Part shown: in pieces, positions 14,058 through 24,175 of the stretch
How the letters are laid out: every line of letters starts with the position of its first letter
Position numbering within the stretch: the first letter of the stretch is position 1
Source of the DNA: Candidatus Methylomirabilia bacterium
GTDB lineage: Bacteria > Methylomirabilota > Methylomirabilia > Rokubacteriales > CSP1-6
Assembly: GCA_041496385.1 (NCBI GenBank)
Contig: JBGQEL010000055.1
Coordinates: 1 to 26,444, forward strand
DNA: 26,444 nt
Direction: 5' to 3'
Made by a program: the position numbers and the translations under genes
Notes under the pieces: generated by a model
What the model was told of the DNA's origin: nothing
The model's database searches: none
The model's input: only the letters and a program-made list of their open reading frames with translations

Positions 14058-15674
14058 GTGACGCCCGCCACCCGCTGGCCCGAGGCGCGCGCGACGCGCG
14101 GCATGGTCGCCTCGCCGCACGCGCTCGCCTCCGAGGCCGGCGTGGCCATGCTTCGCCGCGGCGGCAACGCGGTGGACGCCGCGATCGCCGCGGCGGCGAC
14201 CGTCGCCGTCGTCTACCCGCACATGAACGGCCTCGGCGGCGACAACTTCTGGCTCGTCTACGACGCCCGGAGCCGCGCGCTCCGCGCGCTGAACGCCGCC
14301 GGGCGCGCGGCGGCCGCGGCCACGCTCGACGACTACCGCCGCCGCTTCGGCGCCGCGATCCCGCCGCGCGGCGGCCCGGCCGCCCTCACCGTCCCGGGCG
14401 CGGTCTCGGGCTGGTGGGCCGCTCACCGGCTGAGCCGCGACGGACTCGGCTCGCCCGTCGCGTGGCCCGCGCTCCTCGAGCACGCGATCGCGCGCGCCCG
14501 CGACGGCTTTCCGCCGTCCCCGGGCCAGCGGCGGGTGACCGCGGCGACCGCGGACCTCTTCGGTCACGCCGCGCCCCAGGATCTGCGCGGGGCGCTATGG
14601 CGGGTTTACCACCCGGCCCTCCTCGCGCGCGAGCGCTTCGTCCAGGCCGAGCTGGCGCTGACGCTGGAGGAGATCGCGGCGGGCGGCGCGGAGGCGTTCT
14701 ACCGCGGCGCGCTCGGCCGGCGGCTCGTCGAGGGCGCGCGCGCGGCGGGGAGCCCGCTGGCTCCCGAGGACCTGCGCGACCACACGGCCGACTGGGTCGA
14801 GCCGCTCACCGTGCCCTACCGCGGCGGCGTCGCGGCGAGCTTCCCGCCGCCGACCCAGGGTTTCGCCGCGCTCGCGATCCTGACCCTGCTCGAGGGCTTC
14901 GAGCTGGCGGCGCTCGACGAGGCCGACTACGTCCACCTGGCCGTCGAGGCCGCCAAGCTCGCCTTCGAGGACCGCGACCGCTATCTCACGGACCCGACGG
15001 TCGAGGCGGTGCCCGTCGCGCGCTGTCTCGACGCGTCCTACCTCGCGGAGCGGCGCCGCCTGATCTCGCGCCGGCGGGCACGGGCCAGCGAGGGCGTGCC
15101 GGCGGCCGGCGACACGATCGCCATCGTGACGGCCGACGCGGAGGGCAACGCGGTCTCGCTGATCCAGAGCCTCTACTTCGAGTTCGGCTCGGGCGTCCTC
15201 GCGGGGGACACAGGCGTGCTCCTGCAGAACCGCGGCGCCTTCTTCTCGCTCGATCCCGCCCACCCGAACCGGCTCGCGCCGCGCAAGCGCACGGCCTCCA
15301 CCCTGATTCCTTCGATGTATCTCGTGGACGGCCGGCCGCGCCTCGTCTACGGCGCGATGGGGGGCGAGGGCCAGCCGCAGACCCAGGCGGCGCTGCTCAC
15401 CCGCATGATCGACCTCGGGCTCGGCCCGCAGGCGGCCGTCGAGGCGCCGCGCTGGCTCTACGGCCGAACGTGGGGCGAGGCGACGCGCGCGCTCCGCATC
15501 GAGTCGCGCTTCGGCGAGGGCGTGGCCGAGTCCCTGCGCGGGCGCGGCCACGACGTGAACGTCGTCGAGCCGTGGAGCGATCTGATGGGCCACGTCCACG
15601 TGATCCGCGCGGACGCCGGGGGTCTCACCGGGGGCTCCGACCCGCGTGCCGACGGCGCCGCGCTCGGCCTCTAG
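14058..15674 (+). CDS. ggt: Gamma-glutamyltransferase family Ntn-hydrolase (cytoplasmic, YwrD/HpxW-like)
   Basis: GMVASPH, GGNAVDAAIA, GLGGDNF, TVPGAV, autoprocessing site GD-T(IAIV), SLIQSLYFEFGSG, LQNRG, GAMGGEGQPQ and GSDPRADG. No signal peptide. Confidence 0.93.
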   Translation: MTPATRWPEARATRGMVASPHALASEAGVAMLRRGGNAVDAAIAAAATVAVVYPHMNGLGGDNFWLVYDARSRALRALNAAGRAAAAATLDDYRRRFGAAIPPRGGPAALTVPGAVSGWWAAHRLSRDGLGSPVAWPALLEHAIARARDGFPPSPGQRRVTAATADLFGHAAPQDLRGALWRVYHPALLARERFVQAELALTLEEIAAGGAEAFYRGALGRRLVEGARAAGSPLAPEDLRDHTADWVEPLTVPYRGGVAASFPPPTQGFAALAILTLLEGFELAALDEADYVHLAVEAAKLAFEDRDRYLTDPTVEAVPVARCLDASYLAERRRLISRRRARASEGVPAAGDTIAIVTADAEGNAVSLIQSLYFEFGSGVLAGDTGVLLQNRGAFFSLDPAHPNRLAPRKRTASTLIPSMYLVDGRPRLVYGAMGGEGQPQTQAALLTRMIDLGLGPQAAVEAPRWLYGRTWGEATRALRIESRFGEGVAESLRGRGHDVNVVEPWSDLMGHVHVIRADAGGLTGGSDPRADGAALGL

Positions 15675-16879
15675 CTGAGCGGCAGCTCCTTCTCGAAGAC
15701 GCTGAAGGGGGAGCGGCGCGCGGCCTCGAGGGCCTCGCGGATCTGCGGCTCGCCCCGCCCGGCCCCTTGCTCCAGGAGCGTCTCGAAAAACTTCTCGTAG
15801 AACGCGTCGGGCTCGACGACGACCGACAGGCGGGCGCGCAGGCCCGGCGCCGTCACGCGCGTCCGGTAGGCGAGCGTCGCCGTGCGGCCCGGTAGCAGCC
15901 GCGTGTCGGCGAGCTCGCGCGAAAGGTCGAGCGTCACCTCGCGGCCGATCACCTTGTCGACGCGGCTGCCGGGCACGAGCGCGCCCGCCGCGTCGCGCAG
16001 CTCCACGCGCAGGATCACGCGTGGGGTGACGTACGTCGGGAACGCGTGGCCGACGCGCGTGCTCGTCACGCGCAGCGTGGCGACGGCGGTCTCGCCCGGG
16101 CGGTAGCGCGGCGCGCCGGTCGTCGCGACGATCGTGAGCCCCGAGCGGACCATGTCGGCGTCGTGGATCCCGCGCCAGACGTGGCGGCGGTCGGGCATGT
16201 GGCAGTCCTGGCACTGGACGCCCGCGCGCGCGAAGCGGCTCGCGCGCCACTCGTTGTAGGTGTTCTCGAGCGGCTTGCCGTTGAGCGAGAAGCCGTCGGG
16301 GGCGAACTGGTGGCAGCCGGCGCAGAACTCCGCGCGCAGGAACGCGCGCGTCCGCGTGACGCCGTCGTGGGGCATGCTCTCCCGCGGCGCGGCGCTCGCG
16401 AGCGAGCCGTCGCGGCGCGGCGGGCCGAAGCGCGCGTGGCCGCGCACGTGGCAACCCGCGCACGGAAGGCCGCGCGCGCGGAGCGTCTCGTCGTAGGCGA
16501 GGTTCGGCCGCGGCTCCCGGCCCTCCAGGACGAGCGGCCTCTGCTCGGCGAGCGGCGCGTGGCACGTGAAGCACGAGAGCGCCTCGGCCGGCTCGCGTGG
16601 GAGCATCTCGACGAGCTGGCCCGCGACGCCCGGTCCCATGGACGCGGCGTGGAGGCTCGTCGCCCAGTCGGCGAGCTGCGCCGGATGGCAGGCGCCGCAC
16701 GACTCCGGCTGGAGCGACGCCTCGAGCGTCGAGAACCGCGCCGGCGGCGCGCCCTGCGGCGCGAGCGGCTGGCGCCAGTGGCGGCGGATGAACTCCTGCG
16801 CGGGATCGGCGCCGGCCGCGCCCGCGACGGCGACCGCCGCGAACAGGACGAGGAGCGCCGCCGCCGGCCCCGCGCGCAT
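15671..16879 (-). CDS. Periplasmic pentaheme cytochrome c (c554-like multiheme N-terminal part)
   Basis: Signal peptide and five CxxCH motifs (CGACH, CFTCH, CAGCH, CAGCH, CQDCH), followed by a beta-rich C-terminal domain starting near GHAFPT. Confidence 0.9.
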   Translation of the reverse strand: MRAGPAAALLVLFAAVAVAGAAGADPAQEFIRRHWRQPLAPQGAPPARFSTLEASLQPESCGACHPAQLADWATSLHAASMGPGVAGQLVEMLPREPAEALSCFTCHAPLAEQRPLVLEGREPRPNLAYDETLRARGLPCAGCHVRGHARFGPPRRDGSLASAAPRESMPHDGVTRTRAFLRAEFCAGCHQFAPDGFSLNGKPLENTYNEWRASRFARAGVQCQDCHMPDRRHVWRGIHDADMVRSGLTIVATTGAPRYRPGETAVATLRVTSTRVGHAFPTYVTPRVILRVELRDAAGALVPGSRVDKVIGREVTLDLSRELADTRLLPGRTATLAYRTRVTAPGLRARLSVVVEPDAFYEKFFETLLEQGAGRGEPQIREALEAARRSPFSVFEKELPLS

Positions 16880-16887
16880 CGCCTGAG

Positions 16888-16910
16888 AGCTTACCAGCCC
16901 GTGATAGCGT
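16888..16910. promoter_or_regulatory. Back-to-back extended -10 elements for the cytochrome and DUF2877 genes
   Basis: Minus strand: TGg-TAAGCT (16888-16893), 8 nt before ATG 16879. Plus strand: TGa-TAGCGT (16905-16910), 7 nt before ATG 16918. Confidence 0.55.
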
Positions 16911-16917
16911 GAGGCCC

Positions 16918-17745
16918 ATGATCCGCGCCGTCACGCTCGGCTGGAAGGCCGACGCGGCGCTCGCGCTGAGCGGCGGGCGCGCGCGCGTGCTCGCCGCGCT
17001 CAGGGAGTCCGTCTACCTGACGGCCGGCGACGCGATCGTCTGGCTCGGCCACGCGGGCGCGACGCTCCATCCCCGCGCGATCCTGACCGGGGCGCCGCTG
17101 CCCGCCGCCGACGCCGCCGTCGAGGTCGGGCGCGCCGACGCCGGGGTCTGGCGGCCGGCCGCCCTCCCGCGCGCCGCGCGCACGCGCCTGCGCGCGTCGC
17201 TCGAGGCGCTCCTGGGCGCGCTCGGTGCGCTCGGCGCGCCGGACGGCTTCGGCGCGCTGCTTGTCGGCCGGGCGCCCGCATTCCCGCTCGACGCCGCGGC
17301 CGGGCGCGCCGCGAGACTCGCCGCCGCCTGCGACGCCGACGATGCCGACGCCGCGCTCGAGGCCGCGACCGACCTGCTCGGGCTGGGCCCCGGTCTCACG
17401 CCCTCCGGCGACGATTTCACCGGCGCCGCGTTCTTCGCGCGCGCGCTGCTCGACGACGCCGCGGCCGCGCGCGCGGCGTGGGCGCGCGCCGGCGCCACGC
17501 TCGTCATGCGGGCGCGCGAGCGCACGCACCCGATCAGCGCGGCGCTCCTCGCCGACATGGTGGAGGGCTGCGGCCACGCGCCGCTCCACGAGCTGGCGCA
17601 GGCCCTCGTCGCCGACGCGCCGCCCGCGGCGACGCTCGAGGCCGCCCGGCGCCTCGTCCGCATCGGCCATTCCTCCGGCTGGGATATGCTCGCCGGGCTG
17701 GCCGCCGGCGTCGCCGGCTCCCGGGCGTTTCCCGCCATCGCCTGA
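16918..17745 (+). CDS. DUF2877 (YahE/YlbF, AllH-like) family protein
   Basis: Signature LLGLGPGLTPSGDDF, RTHPISAALL and IGHSSGWDMLAG. Confidence 0.85.
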   Translation: MIRAVTLGWKADAALALSGGRARVLAALRESVYLTAGDAIVWLGHAGATLHPRAILTGAPLPAADAAVEVGRADAGVWRPAALPRAARTRLRASLEALLGALGALGAPDGFGALLVGRAPAFPLDAAAGRAARLAAACDADDADAALEAATDLLGLGPGLTPSGDDFTGAAFFARALLDDAAAARAAWARAGATLVMRARERTHPISAALLADMVEGCGHAPLHELAQALVADAPPAATLEAARRLVRIGHSSGWDMLAGLAAGVAGSRAFPAIA

Positions 17746-17778
17746 CGACGCGCGCGAGTTGGGGTAGAGTGGAACCTC

Positions 17779-20358
17779 GTGGTGACCGATCCCCTCGATC
17801 CTTACCGCCTGCCGCCGCACGTCGTGCCGACCCGGTACGACCTGCGTCTCGAGCCCGATCTCGCGACGCTCACGTTCCGCGGCGACGAGACGATCGCGCT
17901 GACCGTCACCGCGCCCACGCGCGAGATCGTCCTGAACGCGGTCGAGCTGACGATCACCCACGCGACGGCCGTGGACGAGCGCGGCCGGAGCCTCGCGGGC
18001 GCGGCGCGCGTCGACGACGGCGCCGAGCGCTGCCGCCTCGTGTTCCCCGCCGAGCTGGCGCCGGGCCCGTGGCGGCTCCGGCTCGCCTTCACGGGGACGC
18101 TCAACGACAAGCTCCGCGGCTTCTACCGGTCGAGCTACAAGGACGCGGGCGGCGCCACGCGGCTGCTCGCCGCGACCCAGTTCGAGGCGACCGACGCGCG
18201 CCGCGCGTTCCCCTGCTGGGACGAGCCCGCGTTCAAGGCGGTCTTCGCGGTGACGCTCGTGATCGACCCGGCGCTCACCGCGGTCTCCAACACGCGCGTC
18301 CTCGCCGAGCGCCGCGAGGGCGGCAAGAAGATCCTCACGTTCGCCGACACGATCAAGATGTCCACGTACCTCGTCGCGTTCGTGGTGGGTGAGCTCGAGG
18401 CGACCGAGCCGGTCCTGGTGGGCAGGACCCCGGTGAGCGTCCGGTGCGTGCCGGGCAAGCGGCGCCTCGCGGCGTTCGGCCACGAGATCGCCGTCGCCTC
18501 GCTCGGCTTCTTCGAGGCGTACTACGGGCTGCCGTACCCGGGCGACAAGCTCGACCTGCTCGCGATCCCCGACTTCGCCGCGGGCGCCATGGAGAACCTC
18601 GGCGCGATCACCTTCCGCGAGACCGCGCTGCTCGTGGACGAGCGTCAGGCCTCCCACGCCGAGCTCGAGCGCGTCGCCGACGTCGTCGCGCACGAGAACG
18701 CGCACATGTGGTTCGGCGATCTCGTGACGATGACCTGGTGGAACGGCATCTGGCTGAACGAGGCCTTCGCCACGTTCATGGAGATGCTCGCGGTCGACGC
18801 CTGGAAGCCCGAGTGGCGCCGCTGGACGACCTTCGGCGTCTCGCGCGCCGCCGCGCTCTCCGTGGACGGCCTGCACTCGACGCGACCGATCGAGTTTCCC
18901 GTGCGCGCGCCGAAGGACGCCGACGCGATGTTCGACGTCCTCACCTACGAGAAGGGCGCGGCGGTGCTCCGCATGCTCGAGCAGTACCTCGGCGCCGACG
19001 TCTTCCGCGAGGGCGTCCGCGCCTACCTCCGGACGCACGCCTACGCGAACGCCGACACGGGCGACCTCTGGGCCGCCCTGGGCCGCGCCGCCGGGCAGCC
19101 GATCCCCGCGGTCATGGACGGCTGGATCTTCAAGCCCGGCTACCCGCTCGTGAGCGCGCGGCTCGAGGGTCACGAGCTCGTGCTGAGCCAGCGGCCCTTC
19201 ACCTATCTGCCCGAGCCGCCGCCCGGCGCGTCACCCGCGGGCGAGCGTGACCAGCGCTGGCAGGTGCCGCTGCAAGTTCGGGTGAGCGCGGACGGCGCGC
19301 CGGCGCCGCGGCGGCTCCTCCTCGTGGACGGCGAGGCGCGCCTGCCGCTGCCCGAGCGCTTCGACGCCGTCCTCGTCAACGAGGGCGGGCACGGCTTCTA
19401 TCGCGTGCGGTACACCGGCGACCTGCTGGAGCGCCTGCTCGCGGGGCTCGGCGGGCTCGCGCCGATCGAGCGCTTCAATCTGGTCAACGACGCGTGGGCC
19501 GTCACCGTCGCCGGTCTCATGCCCCTCACGGACTATCTCGACCTCACCGCGCGGTTCCGGGACGAGCGAGACCGCAACGTCTGGTCGGTGCTCATCGGAT
19601 CGTTCGGCACCCTCCATCGGATCGTCGAGCCGGCCGGCCGCCCCCGTCTGGCCGCGCTCGTGCGCGACCGGCTGGCGCCCGCGTTCGCCGCGCTCGGGTG
19701 GGAGCCGCGGCCGGGCGAGGACGAGCTCACGCGCCAGCTCCGCGGCGATCTGGTCCGGGCGCTCGGCGTGCTCGGCGACGACCCGCGCGTGCAGGCCGAG
19801 GCGACGGAGCGCTACGCGGCGCACCTCGCCGGCCGCGAAGCGGATCCGAACGTCCTGCCCGCGCTCATCGCGATCCTCGCCCACGCGGGCGACGCCGCGC
19901 GCTACGACGAGTTCCTGAAGCGCTTCGCGTCGGCGTCCACGCCGCAGGAGGAGCAGCGCTACCTCTACGCGCTCGCCGGGTTCCGGCAGCCGGCGCTCCT
20001 CGAGCAGACGCTCGCGCGCACGATCAACGGCGAGTTCCGCACGCAGGACGCGCCGTTCGTGGCGCGGGTGCTCCTGCTGAGCGTGCACGGGCGCGAGCTC
20101 GCCTGGGCGTTCGTCAAGAAGCACTGGGAGGAGATGGACCGCCAGTATCCCAAGCACGGGCTCCGGCGCCTGGCCGAGGGCGTGACGGGCCTCGCCACGC
20201 CCGAGCTCGAGCGCGACGTCCACGCGTTCTTCCGGGAGCGCAGGATCGAGTTCGGGGGCAAGACGCTCGCGCAGTACCTGGAGCAGCTCCGCATCGCGGT
20301 GCGCCTGCGCGAGCGCGAGGGCGCCGCGCTGGCCGCGTATCTCGCCCCGCTCGCGTAG
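17779..20358 (+). CDS. pepN: M1 family zinc aminopeptidase (aminopeptidase N, ERAP1-like C-terminus)
   Basis: YRLP, ATQFEATDARRAFPCWDEP, GAMEN, HENAHMWFG...WLNE (HEXXH-x18-E) and YEKG. Confidence 0.95.
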   Translation: MVTDPLDPYRLPPHVVPTRYDLRLEPDLATLTFRGDETIALTVTAPTREIVLNAVELTITHATAVDERGRSLAGAARVDDGAERCRLVFPAELAPGPWRLRLAFTGTLNDKLRGFYRSSYKDAGGATRLLAATQFEATDARRAFPCWDEPAFKAVFAVTLVIDPALTAVSNTRVLAERREGGKKILTFADTIKMSTYLVAFVVGELEATEPVLVGRTPVSVRCVPGKRRLAAFGHEIAVASLGFFEAYYGLPYPGDKLDLLAIPDFAAGAMENLGAITFRETALLVDERQASHAELERVADVVAHENAHMWFGDLVTMTWWNGIWLNEAFATFMEMLAVDAWKPEWRRWTTFGVSRAAALSVDGLHSTRPIEFPVRAPKDADAMFDVLTYEKGAAVLRMLEQYLGADVFREGVRAYLRTHAYANADTGDLWAALGRAAGQPIPAVMDGWIFKPGYPLVSARLEGHELVLSQRPFTYLPEPPPGASPAGERDQRWQVPLQVRVSADGAPAPRRLLLVDGEARLPLPERFDAVLVNEGGHGFYRVRYTGDLLERLLAGLGGLAPIERFNLVNDAWAVTVAGLMPLTDYLDLTARFRDERDRNVWSVLIGSFGTLHRIVEPAGRPRLAALVRDRLAPAFAALGWEPRPGEDELTRQLRGDLVRALGVLGDDPRVQAEATERYAAHLAGREADPNVLPALIAILAHAGDAARYDEFLKRFASASTPQEEQRYLYALAGFRQPALLEQTLARTINGEFRTQDAPFVARVLLLSVHGRELAWAFVKKHWEEMDRQYPKHGLRRLAEGVTGLATPELERDVHAFFRERRIEFGGKTLAQYLEQLRIAVRLREREGAALAAYLAPLA

Positions 20359-20394
20359 CCCTCGGCCCGAAGCCCTCCGCCGTGCTCGAAAATC

Positions 20395-20505
20395 GCGACC
20401 GCGAGAAGCGGACGCACCACGCCGGGCTCAGCGGCCGCAGGCGGGGCTCGGCGCTCCCGTCCCTTCGCGGTCGCCGGGGCGGTCTCGGAGCGTGGGGACA
20501 CGCTC
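20395..20505. other. Structured intergenic region between convergent genes (long hairpin plus GNRA hairpin; possible terminator)
   Basis: GCGACCGCGA (20395-20404) / TCGCGGTCGC (20465-20474) with further internal pairing. GAGCGTG-GGGA-CACGCTC (20488-20505). No U-tract. Confidence 0.45.
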
Positions 20506-20512
20506 ACGACGT

Positions 20513-21274
20513 TCAATTCCGCTGGCGCCGGTGGAGGAAGCGTGCGAGCGCCACGAAGCCAGTTGAGAACGTCGCCAGCGCCGTCACGCTGATCGAGGGC
20601 GCAAAGAACGGCGCCTCGCCGAGTCCGACGCGGAGGAGATCCACGCAGTATGACAGCGGCGACAGGCACGCCGCCCACCGCCCCCACTCCGGCATTTCTG
20701 CGACCGGCACGAACACGCCGCTGACGAAGATCAGCGGCAGTCGCACGAGATTCGAGAGCATCATGACCTCGGACGGCGCGTCCGTCCCCCGCGCGGCGAG
20801 CAGCACGCCCAGGGCGCCAAACGCCACAGCGCCCAGGACGACACCGGCCAGCAGGCGGTCCGGCGCGACGACGCGCGCCGATGTCACCGCCAGCCCGAGC
20901 CCGAGGGGGATCAGCGAGACCGCGGCACCGAACGCCGCGGCTGCGAGCAGATCGCCGAGCAGGATGGCCTCCAGCGAGGCTGGCGAGGTCACCAGCCGCT
21001 CGTAAGTCCGCGCCTGACGTTCCCACGGCGTGATCAGCGGGCCGACCGCTGACGCGCTGAAGAAGAGCGCCATCGCGAGCATGCCGGGCACGAGCGCATC
21101 CGAGGGCACCGCCCGGCCGATCGCGAAGGCGAGGAAGAAGAACACCGGGAAGATCAGGCCGAAGGTGATCACCGGCGCCTTCAAGTAGTAGATCGTCGCG
21201 TCCTTCTTGGCGACGACCAGCGTCAGCCGTGCCTGCTGACGCAACCTGAGGGTCCCCCGACTACCGAGCTTCAC
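20513..21274 (-). CDS. ABC-2 type exporter permease
   Basis: About six TM helices; WERQARTYERLVTSP, FVSGVFVPVAEMP and SPLSY. Confidence 0.92.
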   Translation of the reverse strand: MKLGSRGTLRLRQQARLTLVVAKKDATIYYLKAPVITFGLIFPVFFFLAFAIGRAVPSDALVPGMLAMALFFSASAVGPLITPWERQARTYERLVTSPASLEAILLGDLLAAAAFGAAVSLIPLGLGLAVTSARVVAPDRLLAGVVLGAVAFGALGVLLAARGTDAPSEVMMLSNLVRLPLIFVSGVFVPVAEMPEWGRWAACLSPLSYCVDLLRVGLGEAPFFAPSISVTALATFSTGFVALARFLHRRQRN

Positions 21275-22244
21275 GGGGAGACTCCGCGACGAGGTGGCGC
21301 GCTCCGCTGGTCAGGGCGAGGAAGACGTCCTCCAAGCTCGGCGCCCGGGTGGCGATGCTCTCGACCCTCAGGCTTCGGCTGCTTGCCCAGGTCACGAGCT
21401 CCTGCGCCATGCGTCCCGGCGCCCGCGTGAAGATGCGCACGCCCGTTCCGCCCGCGAACGACTCCACCTCGGCACCCGGGTCCGTAACCTCCGGCATGGC
21501 CTGGAGCGGCTCCCCGAAGGTCGCCTCGACGGACCGGCGCGCCTCGATGGTCCCGCGCAGGGCCTGGGGTGTATCCACCGCCGCCAGGCGCCCCCGGTTG
21601 ATGATGGCCACCCGGTGACAGAGCGCATTGGCCTCCTCGAGATTGTGCGTGGTGAGAAAGACTGTGAGGCCCCGCTCGCGATTCAGCCGCGCGATCGTCT
21701 CGCGGATCAGGTGGGCGCTGGCGACGTCGAGGCCTGTCGTCGGTTCGTCGAGGAAGAGGATCGCGGGCTCGCCCACCAGCGCCATACAGAGCATGAGGCG
21801 CTGCCGAAGTCCCTTCGAGAGACTGCGCCCCTTGTGTCCCTTCCGATCGCCGAGGCCGAAGAGAGTCAGCAGCTCGGTGCCCTGCACCAATCGGCCCGCG
21901 CGAGGAACGCCGTACAGCTCCGCCATCAGCATGACGTTTTGCCAGACCGTGAGATCCATGTAGATGCTCGCCTCCTCGGGCACCACGCCCACGCGCTGGC
22001 GAGCGGCGAGGGCGTCCGTCTCGATGTCGTGCCCGTCGAGGACCGCCGTGCCCTCACTCGGTGCGATGAACCCAGTGAGCATCCTGACCGTCGTGCTCTT
22101 CCCCGCGCCGTTCGGCCCGAGAAACCCGAAGATCTCTCCCCGACGCACGGAGAAGCTCACGTGGTCGACGGCGGTGGTCGGCCCGTACCGTCGCGTGAGC
22201 GCGTGTGCTTCGATAGCGATCTGGCCGGGAGACCATCCGCTCAT
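21261..22244 (-). CDS. ABC-2 type exporter ATP-binding protein (DrrA-like)
   Basis: [36 protein letters not shown] and C-terminal PSLEDVFL. Confidence 0.95.
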   Translation of the reverse strand: MSGWSPGQIAIEAHALTRRYGPTTAVDHVSFSVRRGEIFGFLGPNGAGKSTTVRMLTGFIAPSEGTAVLDGHDIETDALAARQRVGVVPEEASIYMDLTVWQNVMLMAELYGVPRAGRLVQGTELLTLFGLGDRKGHKGRSLSKGLRQRLMLCMALVGEPAILFLDEPTTGLDVASAHLIRETIARLNRERGLTVFLTTHNLEEANALCHRVAIINRGRLAAVDTPQALRGTIEARRSVEATFGEPLQAMPEVTDPGAEVESFAGGTGVRIFTRAPGRMAQELVTWASSRSLRVESIATRAPSLEDVFLALTSGARHLVAESPREAR

Positions 22245-22966
22245 GACACTAGCGCTTCTGCCTCAACTGGGCGGCGGATCCGCTCACCGGGACCGACACG
22301 ACCGTCCGTCATGCGGTAGACCCGATCGAAGCCCTCGAGCATCCGGTCGTCATGGGTGACGACGATGACCGCGGCCTCCCGTTCCCGGCCCAGCCGTCGC
22401 AGGAGATCCATGACGGCCTTGCCGCGTTCGGTGTCCAGCGCGCCGGTCGGCTCGTCGGCCAGGATGACGGCGGGATCGTTGATGACCGCTCGCGCGACAG
22501 CCAGTCGCTGCTGCTCGCCGCCCGACAGCGTGGGCGGATGGACATCAGCGCGATGCCCGAGGTCCAGCCGATCCAACAGCGCTCGGGCCCGACGCCGCGC
22601 GTCGCGCAGCGGGACGCCGTTGAGCGTCAGCACGAGGGCGACGTTCTCGATCGCCGTCAGGAACGGGATGAGGTTGTACGACTGGAAGATGATGCCCATC
22701 CTCTCGCGCCGCAGGCGGCGATCGTCGACGAGCACCCGGCCGTCCTCGCAGACGATCCGGCCGTCGAGGACGATGCGCCCGCGCGTCGGAGGATCGATCA
22801 ACGACAGGGCGCGCAAGAGCGTGGTCTTGCCCGAGCCGCTCGGTCCCATCAGGGCCACCAACTCTCCCGCGTCCACCGCGATCGAGGCATCGTTCAGCGC
22901 CACCACCTCGGTCTCGCCCCGGCCGAAAACCTTCGTGACGTGGTCCCCGACGATCGTGGGCATCAT
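22241..22966 (-). CDS. MacB/LolD-type ABC ATP-binding protein
   Basis: [34 protein letters not shown] and VTHD. ATG 22966 in an ATGA overlap with the permease stop. Confidence 0.93.
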   Translation of the reverse strand: MMPTIVGDHVTKVFGRGETEVVALNDASIAVDAGELVALMGPSGSGKTTLLRALSLIDPPTRGRIVLDGRIVCEDGRVLVDDRRLRRERMGIIFQSYNLIPFLTAIENVALVLTLNGVPLRDARRRARALLDRLDLGHRADVHPPTLSGGEQQRLAVARAVINDPAVILADEPTGALDTERGKAVMDLLRRLGREREAAVIVVTHDDRMLEGFDRVYRMTDGRVGPGERIRRPVEAEALVS

Positions 22967-24159
22967 CCGCCCCCACCGAGCGCCGTGGTCGGATCCACGT
23001 GGAGCGCCTTGGAGATACCGAGGAGACTCGCGAGCACGCAAATGCCGGTGACGATGCCCAGTAGGATGTATTGATCCGACGCCACGATGACGACCCGGCG
23101 CGGGAAGTACTGGTACGTGCGGCCGATGAGCACGGCACCCAACGCGAAGCCGACCAGGCCCAGCGCGACGGCCTCCTGCAGGATGAGCGCGGCGATCGTC
23201 CGGTCAGGCGTGCCCACGACCTTCAGCGTCGCGATGTCGCGGGTCTTCTCCAGCGTCATCGTGTAAATGATCAACGCGATGATGACGGTCGAGACGACCA
23301 ACAGGATCGCCCGCATGAGCAGCGTCTGTTGTCGCCCGCGCTCGATGACGCTCTTGGCGAGCACCTCCTCCTGTTGCGCGGCCGTGAGCGCCCGATAGTA
23401 GTTCCAGCGCTCGATATGGGCCTGGACCGCTGGCGGGTCGGCCCCGGGCTCGAGGCGGACCAGGATGGCGTTCGCCAAGTGCGTGTTCTGCACGATCGGC
23501 GCCAGCGCGTCGGGACGGACGGTCGCGAGGACGGGGTTAGCCCGGACGTCCGCCTCGAGGCGGGCGCGATCGTTCCGCACCGCCTCGTTGGCCTTCGAGA
23601 ACTGGATCTCCTGGGCGTCCTGGAGCGACACGAAAGCGACCGGATCGCCGGCGCTGGACACGATCCCTTGGGTCAGCCCGACGATCCGGAAGACGAGACG
23701 GCCGATCCGGACCTCCGTGCCGAGTGGAAGCCGGGCGTCCCTGCCGATCACCATCTCGTAGCGGCTCTGCACGATCGGGCGTCCGGCGACCACGGCGGGC
23801 GGGCCGCCGAGGCCGGCGAGCCGATAGCCGATCAGCTGCACGCGAAAGGGCTTCGCGCCGAGGCGGAACTGAAGGGACTGGAAGGCGACCGGGCTCGCCT
23901 CGCGCACGCCGGGCACGGCCCGGATGACGCGGTACAGGTCGTCCGGAACTCTCGAGGTCTCGGCAAACGGGCCATTCGTATTCTTCTGGACGACCCACAG
24001 GTCGGCACCCGACGCGCGGACGATGCTGAGCGCCTCGATCACGAGTCCCTGGTAAACGCCGCCCATCGTCATCACGCTGGCCAGAAGCAGCCCGAGTCCG
24101 AGGGCGGTCAGAAGGAAGCGCCCGAGCCGATAGCGGACGTCGCGAAGCGCGAGGTTCAT
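22963..24159 (-). CDS. MacB/FtsX-family ABC permease
   Basis: ATG 24159 (MNLALRDVR), one TM helix, a large periplasmic domain (GADLWV), then three TM helices with [13 protein letters not shown]. Confidence 0.92.
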   Translation of the reverse strand: MNLALRDVRYRLGRFLLTALGLGLLLASVMTMGGVYQGLVIEALSIVRASGADLWVVQKNTNGPFAETSRVPDDLYRVIRAVPGVREASPVAFQSLQFRLGAKPFRVQLIGYRLAGLGGPPAVVAGRPIVQSRYEMVIGRDARLPLGTEVRIGRLVFRIVGLTQGIVSSAGDPVAFVSLQDAQEIQFSKANEAVRNDRARLEADVRANPVLATVRPDALAPIVQNTHLANAILVRLEPGADPPAVQAHIERWNYYRALTAAQQEEVLAKSVIERGRQQTLLMRAILLVVSTVIIALIIYTMTLEKTRDIATLKVVGTPDRTIAALILQEAVALGLVGFALGAVLIGRTYQYFPRRVVIVASDQYILLGIVTGICVLASLLGISKALHVDPTTALGGGG

Positions 24160-24175
24160 CGTCGTGCCCGGACCT

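Noticed and set aside
17779..20358. M1 aminopeptidase as the RiPP leader peptidase
   Set aside because: Such a role is known for class III lanthipeptides, but this gene is separately transcribed, looks housekeeping, and the operon has its own peptidase.
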